Below the pieces are notes generated by a model. The model saw only the letters and a list, made by a program, of their open reading frames with translations, did not search any database and was not told the DNA's origin. From positions 1 to 39,348 of the forward strand of contig PSLB01000005.1 in NCBI GenBank assembly GCA_040289385.1: DNA of 39,348 nucleotides. Direction: 5' to 3'. Positions 17,664 to 27,389 of this stretch are shown here, piece by piece. This stretch comes from Armatimonadota bacterium (GTDB taxonomy: Bacteria; Armatimonadota; Fimbriimonadia; Fimbriimonadales; GBS-DC). Each line of letters starts with the position of its first letter. Positions within the stretch are counted from its first letter, which is position 1. The position numbers and the translations under genes were made by a program.

Positions 17664-19352
17664 ATGGCACGCCGTTATGACGAGGAGTACGCGTTTGAAC
17701 CACCTGAGACCCAGTTGCGAGCGCTGAGCGTTCTCGAAGAGATTATGCGAATCGCCCCGCGCACCGATCTCCGACTCATCCAACTGCTACGGCTTCTTAA
17801 ACATCAACTGGAAGTGGATGAACGGCAGATGCAGGAAGCCATCCAAGCCATACAAGAGTACGAGGAAGCCTACCAAAAACTGACCGCACCCGCAAACCGA
17901 ATCGGAGTGTTCTTAGACCAGCCCGAAGAGGGGGTCGCAATAATTGCACTGGGGGAGAGCGAGTATTTTGCCAATATCGATCCGAAGCTGGAAAATCCGC
18001 GCTTCCGAGTGGGGACACGAGTCAAGGTCAACGAAGCGTTCGCTGTAATCGGCAACCTGGGATACCATCCTGCAGGCCCCATCGTGAAGGTTCAGGAAGT
18101 GTTAGACGACAAACGCCTTCGAGTAGCCAACGACCCGCAGGGGATGAGCTCTCGAATCGTGTTCCGCTCAGACGACCTCATAGGACAGCCAATCAAGCCA
18201 GGCGACGAAGTGCGATTGGAGCCGAACTATAAAGTCGCCACTGAGCATATCGCTCACCAAGAGGTGCGCGACTACTATTTCGAAGAGGTGCCCCCTATCG
18301 AATGGAGCCAGATCGGCGGACAGGAGGAGGCCATTCACCTGATTCGTGAAACGATTGAACTCCCGCTCCTGTACCCCGAAGTCTTCAAGCGGTTCGACAA
18401 ACAACCGCTCAAGGGAATCTTGCTTTACGGTCCCCCAGGCTGTGGCAAGACGCTGATTGGCAAAGCGACCGCTTACAACCTCACGCGCCAATATTCTCAG
18501 AGCCTCGGCAAGCCCGTGAAAGAGTATTTCATGTATATCAGCGGCCCCAAAATCCTGAACATGTGGCTGGGCGAGACCGAGCGGATGGTGCGCGAAATCT
18601 TTGCCATCGCTCGAGAGAAAGCCAAAGAGGGCTATTTGGTGTTTATCTTTATCGACGAGGCGGAGTCGATTCTGCGCACACGCAGTTCGGGACGCTGGCT
18701 CAACATCTCTAACACGGTTGTCCCGCAGTTCTGTGCTGAGATGGACGGGTTGGTGAGCTTGGAGAATGTGGTGGTGATGCTGACCTCGAACCGACCCGAC
18801 TATATCGACCCCGCGATCCTGCGTCCCGGACGCATCGACCGCAAGGTCAAGGTGCGTCGCCCAGATCGAGAGGCCACACGCGAGATATTTAACATCTACT
18901 TGCATGCGAATCTCCCCTTAGACCCTGAGTTCGCTCGGGAGTACGACACGCCCCAAGAAGCGCGTGAGTGCCTCATCGATCAGGCGGTTCAGTACCTCTG
19001 GCGCAAAGCGCCCGATACCGAGTTCCTGCAAGTCTACCTGCGCAACGGTGGAATAGAGACTCTCTATTGGCGCGATTTGGTCAGCGGGGCCCTCATCAAA
19101 TCGGTGATCGATCGCGCCAAGGAGTACGCCATTCGCCGTGCGATTCAGGAGCCTGATGCCGAGCATGGCATTCGCCCAGAGGATCTGAAGCGCGCTATCG
19201 AGCGCGAATACGCAGAGAACGAAATCTTCCCCAAGTCGGATGTGATGGAGGATTGGCTCAAGCTGATCGACTACGAGCCCGAGTATGTCGCCAGTGTCAA
19301 GCCCATCCGTCCCAGTGCCCAAGTGGAAGAAGGACGCAATCGGGTGATTTGA
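17664..19352 (+). CDS. arc: Proteasome-associated AAA ATPase ARC/Mpa
   Basis: N-terminal coiled coil (KLTAPAN), OB region, LYGPPGCGKTL, GETERMVREIF, FIDEAES and SNRPDYIDPAILRPGRIDRK; AAGGAGG RBS. Confidence 0.88.
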   Translation: MARRYDEEYAFEPPETQLRALSVLEEIMRIAPRTDLRLIQLLRLLKHQLEVDERQMQEAIQAIQEYEEAYQKLTAPANRIGVFLDQPEEGVAIIALGESEYFANIDPKLENPRFRVGTRVKVNEAFAVIGNLGYHPAGPIVKVQEVLDDKRLRVANDPQGMSSRIVFRSDDLIGQPIKPGDEVRLEPNYKVATEHIAHQEVRDYYFEEVPPIEWSQIGGQEEAIHLIRETIELPLLYPEVFKRFDKQPLKGILLYGPPGCGKTLIGKATAYNLTRQYSQSLGKPVKEYFMYISGPKILNMWLGETERMVREIFAIAREKAKEGYLVFIFIDEAESILRTRSSGRWLNISNTVVPQFCAEMDGLVSLENVVVMLTSNRPDYIDPAILRPGRIDRKVKVRRPDREATREIFNIYLHANLPLDPEFAREYDTPQEARECLIDQAVQYLWRKAPDTEFLQVYLRNGGIETLYWRDLVSGALIKSVIDRAKEYAIRRAIQEPDAEHGIRPEDLKRAIEREYAENEIFPKSDVMEDWLKLIDYEPEYVASVKPIRPSAQVEEGRNRVI

Positions 19353-19415
19353 GGGCTGCGGATAAAAACGATAGACAACGCCTCTCTGCGCACTGGCTCA
19401 AGGTAGGGGTGCGTT

Positions 19416-20414
19416 TTACTCTTTCTGCTGACGCATTATCCAAACGAAGACAGGGGTGCCGATAAGAGCAGTAATCACACCGACGGGCAGTTCCACAGGG
19501 CGCGCCAACGTACGCGCCAGGGTATCCGCCCACACCAGCAATAGTGCCCCACCCAACGCCGATAAAGGAATCAACATCCGATGATCCCCACCCAGCACCC
19601 GTCGCAGGAGATGCGGCACTAACCACCCCACAAATCCAATAATCCCTGCCACCGCGACAGTCGCCGAGACCATCAGCGAACCTGCTGCCAAAACACTCCA
19701 CTTCAACCGCTCCACCGAAACCCCTAAATGGATTGCCACCTCCTCGCCAGCAGCGTAAAGGTTCAGCGCACGTGCCTGACCCATCAACACCAACCCGCCC
19801 AACGCTGTCGGAACCGCAACCCACTCCAGCCGCTGCCAGTCCGCATTCAGCAATCCACCCAGAAGCCAATAGAGCACACGCCCCAAATCCTCGCCCGCCA
19901 GCACCAGCAAGAGCGTCACGACGCCCCATAAACTCGCACTGATTGCCACCCCCGTTAACAAAAAGGAGCTCATGCGGAGACTCCCGTTGCGACGGCTTAG
20001 CGCCATAACCAGAGCCAGCACCATCAGCCCGCTAAGAAATGCCAAGCCCGTTAGACCAAGCCCAAAGCCGAGCGTGTGCCACCCCAAAAGCACACCAACT
20101 GCCGCCCCCACCGCCGAGCCAGAAGACACTCCCACGATATAGGGATCTGCGAGCGGGTTGCGCAAAAGCCCTTGAAAGGCGCACCCCACCATCCCCAACC
20201 CCCCCCCTACACACGCAGCAAGGAGCACACGGGGGAGACGCAACTCCCACAAAATGAGCGAAGCTGTCGTATCGGCATAGTCTGAACGATGCCACAGCAC
20301 GCACCACAGCTCGCCAAATGAGAGCGGCACCGCACCGATGCCCAACGCCAGCCAGAGGCTTGCCCCCAGCGCCCCCAGCAATCCCACACCGAACAACCAC
20401 GCCTTACGACGCAC
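19416..20414 (-). CDS. FecCD/BtuC-family ABC permease
   Basis: LRLPRVLLA, QGLLRNPLADPYIVGVSSG, GIIGFVG and ELPVGVITALIG. Confidence 0.93.
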   Translation of the reverse strand: MRRKAWLFGVGLLGALGASLWLALGIGAVPLSFGELWCVLWHRSDYADTTASLILWELRLPRVLLAACVGGGLGMVGCAFQGLLRNPLADPYIVGVSSGSAVGAAVGVLLGWHTLGFGLGLTGLAFLSGLMVLALVMALSRRNGSLRMSSFLLTGVAISASLWGVVTLLLVLAGEDLGRVLYWLLGGLLNADWQRLEWVAVPTALGGLVLMGQARALNLYAAGEEVAIHLGVSVERLKWSVLAAGSLMVSATVAVAGIIGFVGWLVPHLLRRVLGGDHRMLIPLSALGGALLLVWADTLARTLARPVELPVGVITALIGTPVFVWIMRQQKE

Positions 20415-21302
20415 CTACCCCTCGCTCCAAATCCGAACAAATCGGCGCGCCGCCCACCACGCACACAGACCCCCCAAAAGAGCACCCAGTACCGGCAAGC
20501 CCAGCAACACTTGCTCAGGGGGAAGCCCAGGCGGCAAATCTTTCAGAAACGGCCAGGCGCGCAACATCCGATCCGAAAGCACCCCTGCCCCCGCCAGCAC
20601 TAACGCCGCTGCCAACAGCCCTCCCAAACCGCCCTGCAAGATCCCCTCCAGCACAAACGGCGCACGAATGGTCTGCAAAGTCGCGCCCATCAGCGCCATC
20701 ACGCCCACCTCACGCTGACGCGAATAGATGGTCAACCGAACAGCGTTGTAGATCAAGATAAGTGCCGAAACCAGCAGGAGCCCAGCCGCACTGAACCCCA
20801 CCACGCGTACAAACTGCGCCCACGAAAGTACCTCCCGGAGAGTCTTGCGGTGGTCCATCACCTCATCGATGCGCGCATCTCGAGCAATGCGTTCTGCAAT
20901 AAGTGGCAACTGTTCGGGCTCGCGTGCCGACACCACCAGCTTATCGGGAAGCGGGTTCGGCAGGTCGGCAAGGTTCACCTCATCTTTGAGGTTCCGCTTC
21001 ATCTGCTCCCAGCCCTGTTCACGCGAGATGAGCCACACCCGCGCCACCTCAGGCATCGCCTCCAGCTCCTTCTGAAGTGCCAAGCTCTGTTCGCGCGGCA
21101 CCGAGACCTTCAAGAACACCTCCAGCTCGAACTGGCTCGGCAAAGAGTGGGCTAAGGCGTCCAGCTTGTAAAGAGTCATGCCGACGGCGCCCAACAACAT
21201 CAGAGCGATGCAGGCTGTGCTGACCGCCGCAATCTGCAACATTGTGTTGCGTCGTAGGCTCGCCCAAGTCTCACTCAACAGAAAAAGGATACGATCCTTC
21301 AT
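20415..21302 (-). CDS. ftsX: Cell division permease FtsX
   Basis: NPLPD, IYNAVRLTIYSRQREVGVMALMGAT...IRAPFVLEG; follows ftsE. Confidence 0.9.
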   Translation of the reverse strand: MKDRILFLLSETWASLRRNTMLQIAAVSTACIALMLLGAVGMTLYKLDALAHSLPSQFELEVFLKVSVPREQSLALQKELEAMPEVARVWLISREQGWEQMKRNLKDEVNLADLPNPLPDKLVVSAREPEQLPLIAERIARDARIDEVMDHRKTLREVLSWAQFVRVVGFSAAGLLLVSALILIYNAVRLTIYSRQREVGVMALMGATLQTIRAPFVLEGILQGGLGGLLAAALVLAGAGVLSDRMLRAWPFLKDLPPGLPPEQVLLGLPVLGALLGGLCAWWAARRFVRIWSEG

Positions 21303-22015
21303 AGTGTTATAGGTGGATAGAGCCGATCCAGTTCGATAGGATACCCTCCGCGTGGCACATCGCTAATCAGTCGCCCGCGATCAAGGGCGACCACGCGCTG
21401 GTTCGCTCGATCCACAATCTCACGGTTGTGCGTGGAGACAATCACCGTGGTGCCACGCAGGTTAATCCGCAACAGCAGGTCGATAATCTCCCACGAAGTC
21501 TCAGGGTCTAAGTTGGCGGTCGGTTCGTCCGCAAGCAGGAGGGGCGGTCGGTTTGCGATGGCGCGCGCAATCGCCACGCGCTGTGCCTCACCTGCCGAAA
21601 GTTGGTGCGGGAACTGGCGCGCCTGTGCGCTCATCCCCACTTGCGCCAGCACCTGCGCCACACGCTCGCGAACCGCCCTATCCGAGAAGCCCATTGCGCG
21701 CAACCCATACGCCACATTCTCCCAAACCGTCTTGCGCGACAGCAACGGATAGTCTTGCGGCACTATCCCCATCTGCCGACGCAAAAACGGCACCTCATGC
21801 TCGCGCAGGGCATGCACAGGCGTGCCCTGCACCCAAACCTGACCCGAATTCGGGCGGAGCGCACCATAGAGCAGTTTCAGCAGGGTCGACTTGCCTGCTC
21901 CCGTCGCGCCCACCAAAAAGACGAACTCGCCCTGCTCGACCACCAGATTCAACCGATGCAGGGCATGGATCTCGCCCGACTCGTACTCCACGCTTACATC
22001 CTTCAGGTGGATCAT
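21299..22015 (-). CDS. ftsE: Cell division ATP-binding protein FtsE
   Basis: GEFVFLVGATGAGKSTL, LRRQMGIVPQD and ADEPTANLDP. Confidence 0.9.
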   Translation of the reverse strand: MIHLKDVSVEYESGEIHALHRLNLVVEQGEFVFLVGATGAGKSTLLKLLYGALRPNSGQVWVQGTPVHALREHEVPFLRRQMGIVPQDYPLLSRKTVWENVAYGLRAMGFSDRAVRERVAQVLAQVGMSAQARQFPHQLSAGEAQRVAIARAIANRPPLLLADEPTANLDPETSWEIIDLLLRINLRGTTVIVSTHNREIVDRANQRVVALDRGRLISDVPRGGYPIELDRLYPPITL

Positions 22016-22159
22016 CGAGTCTGTGCTGTTCGACGGTGTGCGTCAATCTCCTTCAGAAGCACCATAGGAAGCCAAAACCCGTAAAACTGTTGATGTCAAA
22101 GCCGTGCCTTTCTGGAACAACTCCAACAGCAGAAACACTCTTTCGGGGAGGTGTTGCCT

Positions 22160-22249
22160 ATGCTTTCTGCGATCGCCCTGGCAGTGGCTGCCGCATGTGT
22201 TGTCGGTGCCTATCAGCTTCTGCGGGATGCACTGGAAGACATCTGGTAG
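22160..22249 (+). CDS. Putative 29-aa single-pass membrane microprotein
   Basis: GGGGAGGT RBS, then MLSAIALAVAAACVVGAYQLLRDALEDIW*. It fits the ftsE-feoA gap without overlap. Confidence 0.55.
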   Translation: MLSAIALAVAAACVVGAYQLLRDALEDIW

Positions 22250-22250
22250 G

Positions 22251-22469
22251 CTATTCGGGATGCACTCGAACCTGTTGCGCCAGCTGCCGATCGATAGCCA
22301 CCAAGCCGTAGCCGACTTGCACCACGAAGGTAGGAAACCGTTGGACCATTCGAACCGTTGCGCCCGGCACGATGCCTAGCGCGCTCAGCTTGCGCCAGTG
22401 TCCGTCCGAATCGTGAACAATCTCCACGACACGGGCGCTGGCGCCTCGCTCTAATGCACTTAATGACAT
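22251..22469 (-). CDS. feoA: Ferrous iron transport protein A
   Basis: RKLSALGIVPGATVRMVQRFP; ATG 22469 overlaps the upstream stop. Confidence 0.88.
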   Translation of the reverse strand: MSLSALERGASARVVEIVHDSDGHWRKLSALGIVPGATVRMVQRFPTFVVQVGYGLVAIDRQLAQQVRVHPE

Positions 22470-22657
22470 CAAACTTTTCGCTCCTGTTGGCGTTTCGCCA
22501 TCTCGACCAGCCATTTGAGCCACCGAGGCAGTTGGGGTTGCTCGTAGCCGCAGTGGAGGCATTTTACCAGCCGACAGCCCCCAAATGCGGAACAGCCACG
22601 ACACGCCTTCTCGATACCCGCTTCCGTCAACTCATGCCCACACATCCCGCACCGCAT
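22469..22657 (-). CDS. Small Cys-rich putative metal-binding protein (62 aa)
   Basis: MRCGMCGH...CRGC...GCRLVKCLHCGYE, seven Cys; TGATG overlaps on both sides. Confidence 0.75.
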   Translation of the reverse strand: MRCGMCGHELTEAGIEKACRGCSAFGGCRLVKCLHCGYEQPQLPRWLKWLVEMAKRQQERKV

Positions 22658-24117
22658 CAAAGCACCACCCCCAATGCCGATAACGCCAGCTTGAGCATCC
22701 AGCCAACCCATATAGCCACCCCCAACGAGATAACGAACATCGCAAGGGCGGCCTTCCAGCCACGCTCTTTGAGCGTCACCAAAAACTGCGCCACGCACGG
22801 CACAAATAAGGTCAGCACCACTGCCACAATCAAAACCTGATTGCCTGTCAGCAAGCCTGCCTGCTGAAGGTCGTACAGCCCCGCTGCACCGTAATCGCGT
22901 CGGAAAAACCCGAACAAAAACGCCACGCCCGCAGAATCGGGCAAGCCAAGCAACCCCGTTATCGGCGCAATCGCACGCAACGCCCAGTCGAACAAACCCG
23001 TTAGCTGTCCCACCCAGATCAACACGCTGGCAAGCAGAAAAAGCGGAAACACCTCCAAAAAGTACCAGTGAAGTCGTGCCATCGTCTTCAATAACACATT
23101 GCTCAGGCTGGGTAGGCGTATCGGGGGAAGCTCCATGTAAAACGGCATCGGGTTTCCAGGAATCACGCGCGCCGCAATCCAGCCCGCCGTCAGAAACACG
23201 CCCACCAACACCCCCATCCAGATCAAAAGCCCTGTTGGATACCGCGCCAGTAAAGCCAGAACCACCCCCAGCTGCGCCGAACACGGAATCGTGAGCGTCA
23301 ATAAAAAGGTGGCTAACACCCGCTCGCGACGCGTCTCCAACACGCGGGTCACCATCGTCGCCATCGTGTCGCAGCCGAACCCCAACACAATCGGGATCAC
23401 CGCACGCCCATTCAGCCCTAACCCTTTGAAGGCACGATCAATCAACATCGCCAAACGCGGCAGATAACCGCTATCCTCTAATACCGCGAAAACCAGAAAA
23501 AAGAAGGTCACTATCGGCAAAATCAGCGCAACCGCATAGGTAACCCCCAGGGTCCAAACACCGTACTCCCCTACCAATAACTCCTGTATCGCCTTCCAAG
23601 GAACAAGCCCCCGCACAAACGATTCTACTGCAGGATTAATCCAACCCCCGAAGAGGTCTTCCTCAATCCACCCCACAACCGTGCCCGCCCCAAACACCCC
23701 CACAAACTGATACAGCCCAAAGTAAAGCACCAACGCCAGAATCGGAAAGCCTGTCCACGGGTTCATACAAAGCCAACCCAGCCATTCTGCAACCGAATGG
23801 GCGCGTTCGCCAAATTGCGCTTGCAACACCTGCTGGCTAATCTGCTGACCTACCTGTTGGCGCTGATGCTCGATAGCCCAGCCGATGGGAGAGTCCATCT
23901 GTGTTTTTACGGTGTTCAGCACGCTCCGAATCTGCTCCAGTGTTGCCGAGGTCTCCTGTTGGCGTACCATCTGCCAAATTTCGTCGTCCTCTTGCAAAAG
24001 CAGCAACGCAAGGGTATGCTTTCCAAGCGGGTAGTCGCCCCGAAGGAACTCCGAAATTTGGCGAATGGCTTCCTCAATCTCAGCCGGATAGGTGAGCGTG
24101 GCATGTAAGGCGCTCAT
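22657..24117 (-). CDS. feoB: FeoB C-terminal part (helical linker and membrane domain)
   Basis: LEDSGYLPRLA, GLNGRAVIPIVLGFGC, IPCSAQLG, FYMELPPIRLP and LFVPCVA. Confidence 0.93.
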   Translation of the reverse strand: MSALHATLTYPAEIEEAIRQISEFLRGDYPLGKHTLALLLLQEDDEIWQMVRQQETSATLEQIRSVLNTVKTQMDSPIGWAIEHQRQQVGQQISQQVLQAQFGERAHSVAEWLGWLCMNPWTGFPILALVLYFGLYQFVGVFGAGTVVGWIEEDLFGGWINPAVESFVRGLVPWKAIQELLVGEYGVWTLGVTYAVALILPIVTFFFLVFAVLEDSGYLPRLAMLIDRAFKGLGLNGRAVIPIVLGFGCDTMATMVTRVLETRRERVLATFLLTLTIPCSAQLGVVLALLARYPTGLLIWMGVLVGVFLTAGWIAARVIPGNPMPFYMELPPIRLPSLSNVLLKTMARLHWYFLEVFPLFLLASVLIWVGQLTGLFDWALRAIAPITGLLGLPDSAGVAFLFGFFRRDYGAAGLYDLQQAGLLTGNQVLIVAVVLTLFVPCVAQFLVTLKERGWKAALAMFVISLGVAIWVGWMLKLALSALGVVL

Positions 24118-24637
24118 GAATATGCTCCTTGAGGAGATCCACCCCCTGACCTGAGAGGCACACGGTCGGAATGACCTTGATGCCCAAATGCTGAGTAAGC
24201 CGATCGAGGTCGATGTGCAATCCTGCGCGCTCCAACTCGTCCATCATGTTCAAGACCAGCACGACTTCGAGCCCCGTCTCTATGAGCTGCAAGGCCAGGG
24301 GCAAGGAGCGTGCCAGATTTTTCGCATCTACGACATGCAGAACCAAGCTCGGTCGCTCGTAAAGTAGCATGCGTCGCACCACGCGCTCCTCCTCGGTAAT
24401 CGGGTTCAGCGAATAGAGCCCCGGCGCATCAATAACTGTATAGCGATGCCCCCTGTAGTACATCGTGCCGCGCTCCACCTCGACAGTGGTGCCAGGATAG
24501 TTCGAAACCGTAACATAGCGTCCGGTCAGTCGGTGGAACAGCAGACTCTTGCCCACATTCGGATTGCCGACAATCAGCACGGTGGGGCTATCCGCTTCCG
24601 ACCTGCGTTGCGTCCGAAACTTCATAAGGGTCTCCAT
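24080..24637 (-). CDS. feoB: FeoB small GTPase domain, separate ORF
   Basis: GNPNVGKS, VSNYPGTTVE, DAPG and LNMMD. Confidence 0.92.
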   Translation of the reverse strand: METLMKFRTQRRSEADSPTVLIVGNPNVGKSLLFHRLTGRYVTVSNYPGTTVEVERGTMYYRGHRYTVIDAPGLYSLNPITEEERVVRRMLLYERPSLVLHVVDAKNLARSLPLALQLIETGLEVVLVLNMMDELERAGLHIDLDRLTQHLGIKVIPTVCLSGQGVDLLKEHIHERLTCHAHLSG

Positions 24638-24699
24638 TTTCTCATAATATACCCTTTAGCGTGGCTAAATTTCAACCCCCCTCCAAGTTACTCAGGGTT

Positions 24700-26412
24700 C
24701 TATGCGCCCTCCGCCTCACGCTCCGGAGCGACCATAGGCGCGGGTAGCAGCAATTGCCGTATCCCTATCGATGTAAGCCACAGCGCCAGCCCCAAAATCG
24801 CAAGCGTGAATCCGAACAGCACCATGTTGCCCTGAACCCAGAAGTCGCGCAGGCTGAGCCCCAACGCAGTCAGCGTCGCCGCCAACATAAACGCCATCGG
24901 AACCCCCGTGAACCAAGTGGGGCGCCCCAGCGACCGCAAGTAGAGCGTGACCACCAACAGCGCCAACCCCGCCAGCAACTGGTTCGATGCCCCGAACAGC
25001 TGCCACAAAATCGTGCCGATCGACCGCATTTGACCCGTAACGGGATCGGGCGCTTTGAGCAGGGCAAAGAAGCCAATCAGCCCTACTGAGAGCCCAGTCG
25101 CCAAATAGGGATGGCTCAAGATACGGGCCCCTGTGGCATGCCCCAACTCCTGCAGGTTATAGCGGATGAGCCGTGCGCCCGTATCCAGCGTGGTCAACGC
25201 AAAGCCAACCGCCACCGTCGCCACAAACACCTTCGCCACCTCCAACGGGATCCCCACTGCGCTCACAACCGTGCCCGCACCCTGCACAAAGTTCGCCAAG
25301 GCGCCCTTGCCCGCAGAAAGCCAATCCGTGTAGCGTGTGCCCCACTCAGTGCCCAGCCCCGCCCCCACCGCCAACAGCGCCAGCACAGCCAGCACCCCTT
25401 CGGTCAGCATGCCGCCATACCCCACAGGGAGCGCATGCGACTCCTTGTCTAACTGACGCGAGGTCGTGCCCGACGCTACCAGCGAATGAAACCCCGAAAC
25501 AGCACCACACGCAACCGTGATGAACAGCATCGGAAACAACGGCGGCAGTCCCGAAGCCGAGCGGTTAAACGCAGGCGCTGTCAACTCAAACCCGCCTACC
25601 AACACCCCTACCCACAACAGCCCCATCCCCAAAAAGAGCTGGAACGAATTCAAATAATCGCGCGGCTGGAGCAACAGCCACACAGGCAACACCGAAGCCA
25701 GAAAGGCATACCCCAACAGCAGATACACCCACCGATCCGCAGTTAACTCCCAGCCCCCCACCGCAGTAATCGGATTCTGCACACCCACCCACACAAAGTA
25801 TAACGACAACACCACACCGATCGCTGTCACCCATCCCAGCGGAAGCCGATAACAATAAAACAGAACCCCCATTATCACCGCCAACACCACCAACATCACG
25901 CTCGGCAACACCGCCTCCGCCCCATGAATCCCCCCCATGCCCGGCGCAAACAGGTTCGCAATATTAATCACAAACACGCCCATCGCCAGACTGATCGCAA
26001 AGATGCCGAACAGTAAAAAGAGGACGCGTGCCTGCTGCCCCACCACATCGCACGCCAAATCCGCCACCGTACGCGCCCGATGCCGCAACGAACTGTAAAG
26101 ACATCCTAAATCATGAACCGCCCCAATCACTATCGAGCCTACCACAATCCAAATCAGTGCAGGCACCCAGCCCCAGATAATCGCTATCGCCGGACCCAGC
26201 AGCGGCCCCAAACCCGCTATCGAAGCGAAGTGGTGCCCAAACACAACCAACGGCGGAGTAGGCACAAAATCGCGCCCGTCACACAGCGTGTGCGCAGGTG
26301 TCGGACGCCCATCATCTAACGGAAAGACCCGACTCGCTAAGTAACGCCCGTAAGAGCGATACGCTACCGCAAACGCCAATAAACTGCCCACCAGAACCAA
26401 CAGCGCACTCAT
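24700..26412 (-). CDS. cstA: Carbon starvation protein A family transporter
   Basis: FGHHFASIAG, LPVWLLLQPRDYLN, ACGAVSGFHSLV and LFGASNQLLA; ATG 26412. Confidence 0.93.
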   Translation of the reverse strand: MSALLVLVGSLLAFAVAYRSYGRYLASRVFPLDDGRPTPAHTLCDGRDFVPTPPLVVFGHHFASIAGLGPLLGPAIAIIWGWVPALIWIVVGSIVIGAVHDLGCLYSSLRHRARTVADLACDVVGQQARVLFLLFGIFAISLAMGVFVINIANLFAPGMGGIHGAEAVLPSVMLVVLAVIMGVLFYCYRLPLGWVTAIGVVLSLYFVWVGVQNPITAVGGWELTADRWVYLLLGYAFLASVLPVWLLLQPRDYLNSFQLFLGMGLLWVGVLVGGFELTAPAFNRSASGLPPLFPMLFITVACGAVSGFHSLVASGTTSRQLDKESHALPVGYGGMLTEGVLAVLALLAVGAGLGTEWGTRYTDWLSAGKGALANFVQGAGTVVSAVGIPLEVAKVFVATVAVGFALTTLDTGARLIRYNLQELGHATGARILSHPYLATGLSVGLIGFFALLKAPDPVTGQMRSIGTILWQLFGASNQLLAGLALLVVTLYLRSLGRPTWFTGVPMAFMLAATLTALGLSLRDFWVQGNMVLFGFTLAILGLALWLTSIGIRQLLLPAPMVAPEREAEGA

Positions 26413-26460
26413 CGTTAAAAAAATGATTCTACACCCTCTGCCCCTCTCCTGTTCACATAA

Positions 26461-26496
26461 CAACAGGGGGTAACCATGTCAGGTCGCCCCCTGTTG
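26461..26496 (-). terminator. Probable intrinsic terminator after the PEP-CTERM gene
   Basis: CAACAGGGGG...CCCCCTGTTG inverted repeat about 20 nt past the stop. Confidence 0.55.
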
Positions 26497-26517
26497 AGAA
26501 CAAGTTCCGATAAGGCT

Positions 26518-27219
26518 TTATCGGCGTCGGCGTAGCGCCCACAACCCCACAAGCCCAGTTCCTAAAGCAATCAGGCTGGCAGGCTCAGGCACCGCCTCCA
26601 CCTCCACCAGATCGAACCGAAGCGTACCACGGGGTGCGTAACTGGACCCGCTTGCAGCAGCCGCGTATTGATTGGTCGCAGGGTCAAACTCGCTCACCAA
26701 GCGGAACGCAAAGTTGGGATTATTTTCCACGGCGGAAACGTCGGTGAAGGTGTACTCAAAAAGTCCACCATAACCCGCACTATACCAAGTGTCGCCCCCA
26801 GGGGCCACCAACTGCGGACCGTTCGTCCAGTTCGTGCCATCGGTTGTGTATTGCAGACGTACGAACTTGGACGCCGTATTGCTCCAGCGCACATCGAAGC
26901 GTACCTTAACCTGATAGTAGCCCGTAGTCGGCACAGCGAAGACAATCCCTGCGGAAAGGTTATTCGTCCCCTGGGTAGGATAGTTCGTGGTGTTGTAGCC
27001 ATAATTCGGGGACGCTGTGTCTCGAGGGGAGCCCGTGGCAAAAGTGGCTGTGGTACCACCAATCAAGACAATTCTGGCATTGCTCGCATAGACACCGCTC
27101 GTCGGGTTCGTTGTCTGATCGTTGAAATTCCAAAGCACCAGTTGATCCGCCGAAGCGGAGGCAAACATCCACACCAATCCTACAGCCATTAAGCTTATCC
27201 GATGTCTCGAACCTCTCAT
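26518..27219 (-). CDS. PEP-CTERM sorting-domain surface protein
   Basis: AGGAGG RBS, signal peptide, Thr/Asn-rich body and C-terminal VPEPASLIALGTGLVGLWALRRRR. Confidence 0.93.
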   Translation of the reverse strand: MRGSRHRISLMAVGLVWMFASASADQLVLWNFNDQTTNPTSGVYASNARIVLIGGTTATFATGSPRDTASPNYGYNTTNYPTQGTNNLSAGIVFAVPTTGYYQVKVRFDVRWSNTASKFVRLQYTTDGTNWTNGPQLVAPGGDTWYSAGYGGLFEYTFTDVSAVENNPNFAFRLVSEFDPATNQYAAAASGSSYAPRGTLRFDLVEVEAVPEPASLIALGTGLVGLWALRRRR

Positions 27220-27389
27220 TCTATTAACCTCCTGCCCAGATGGGCGTGATAAGTATCGCATGCCGATTGTTAAGGTCGGGTTATGTTGGGAGGAATTTCC
27301 CGCAAATACCCACAATCTGGTATTTTTGCTAGGTGTCACCTCCCAATATCGCGACAATCGTATCCCGAACGGAGGGATGGAAACAATTG

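Noticed and set aside
19400-26450. Strong C/A richness of the plus strand, suggesting foreign DNA
   Set aside because: Largely explained by minus-strand membrane-protein genes rich in Gly/Val/Leu/Trp codons. No mobility genes or boundaries are seen.
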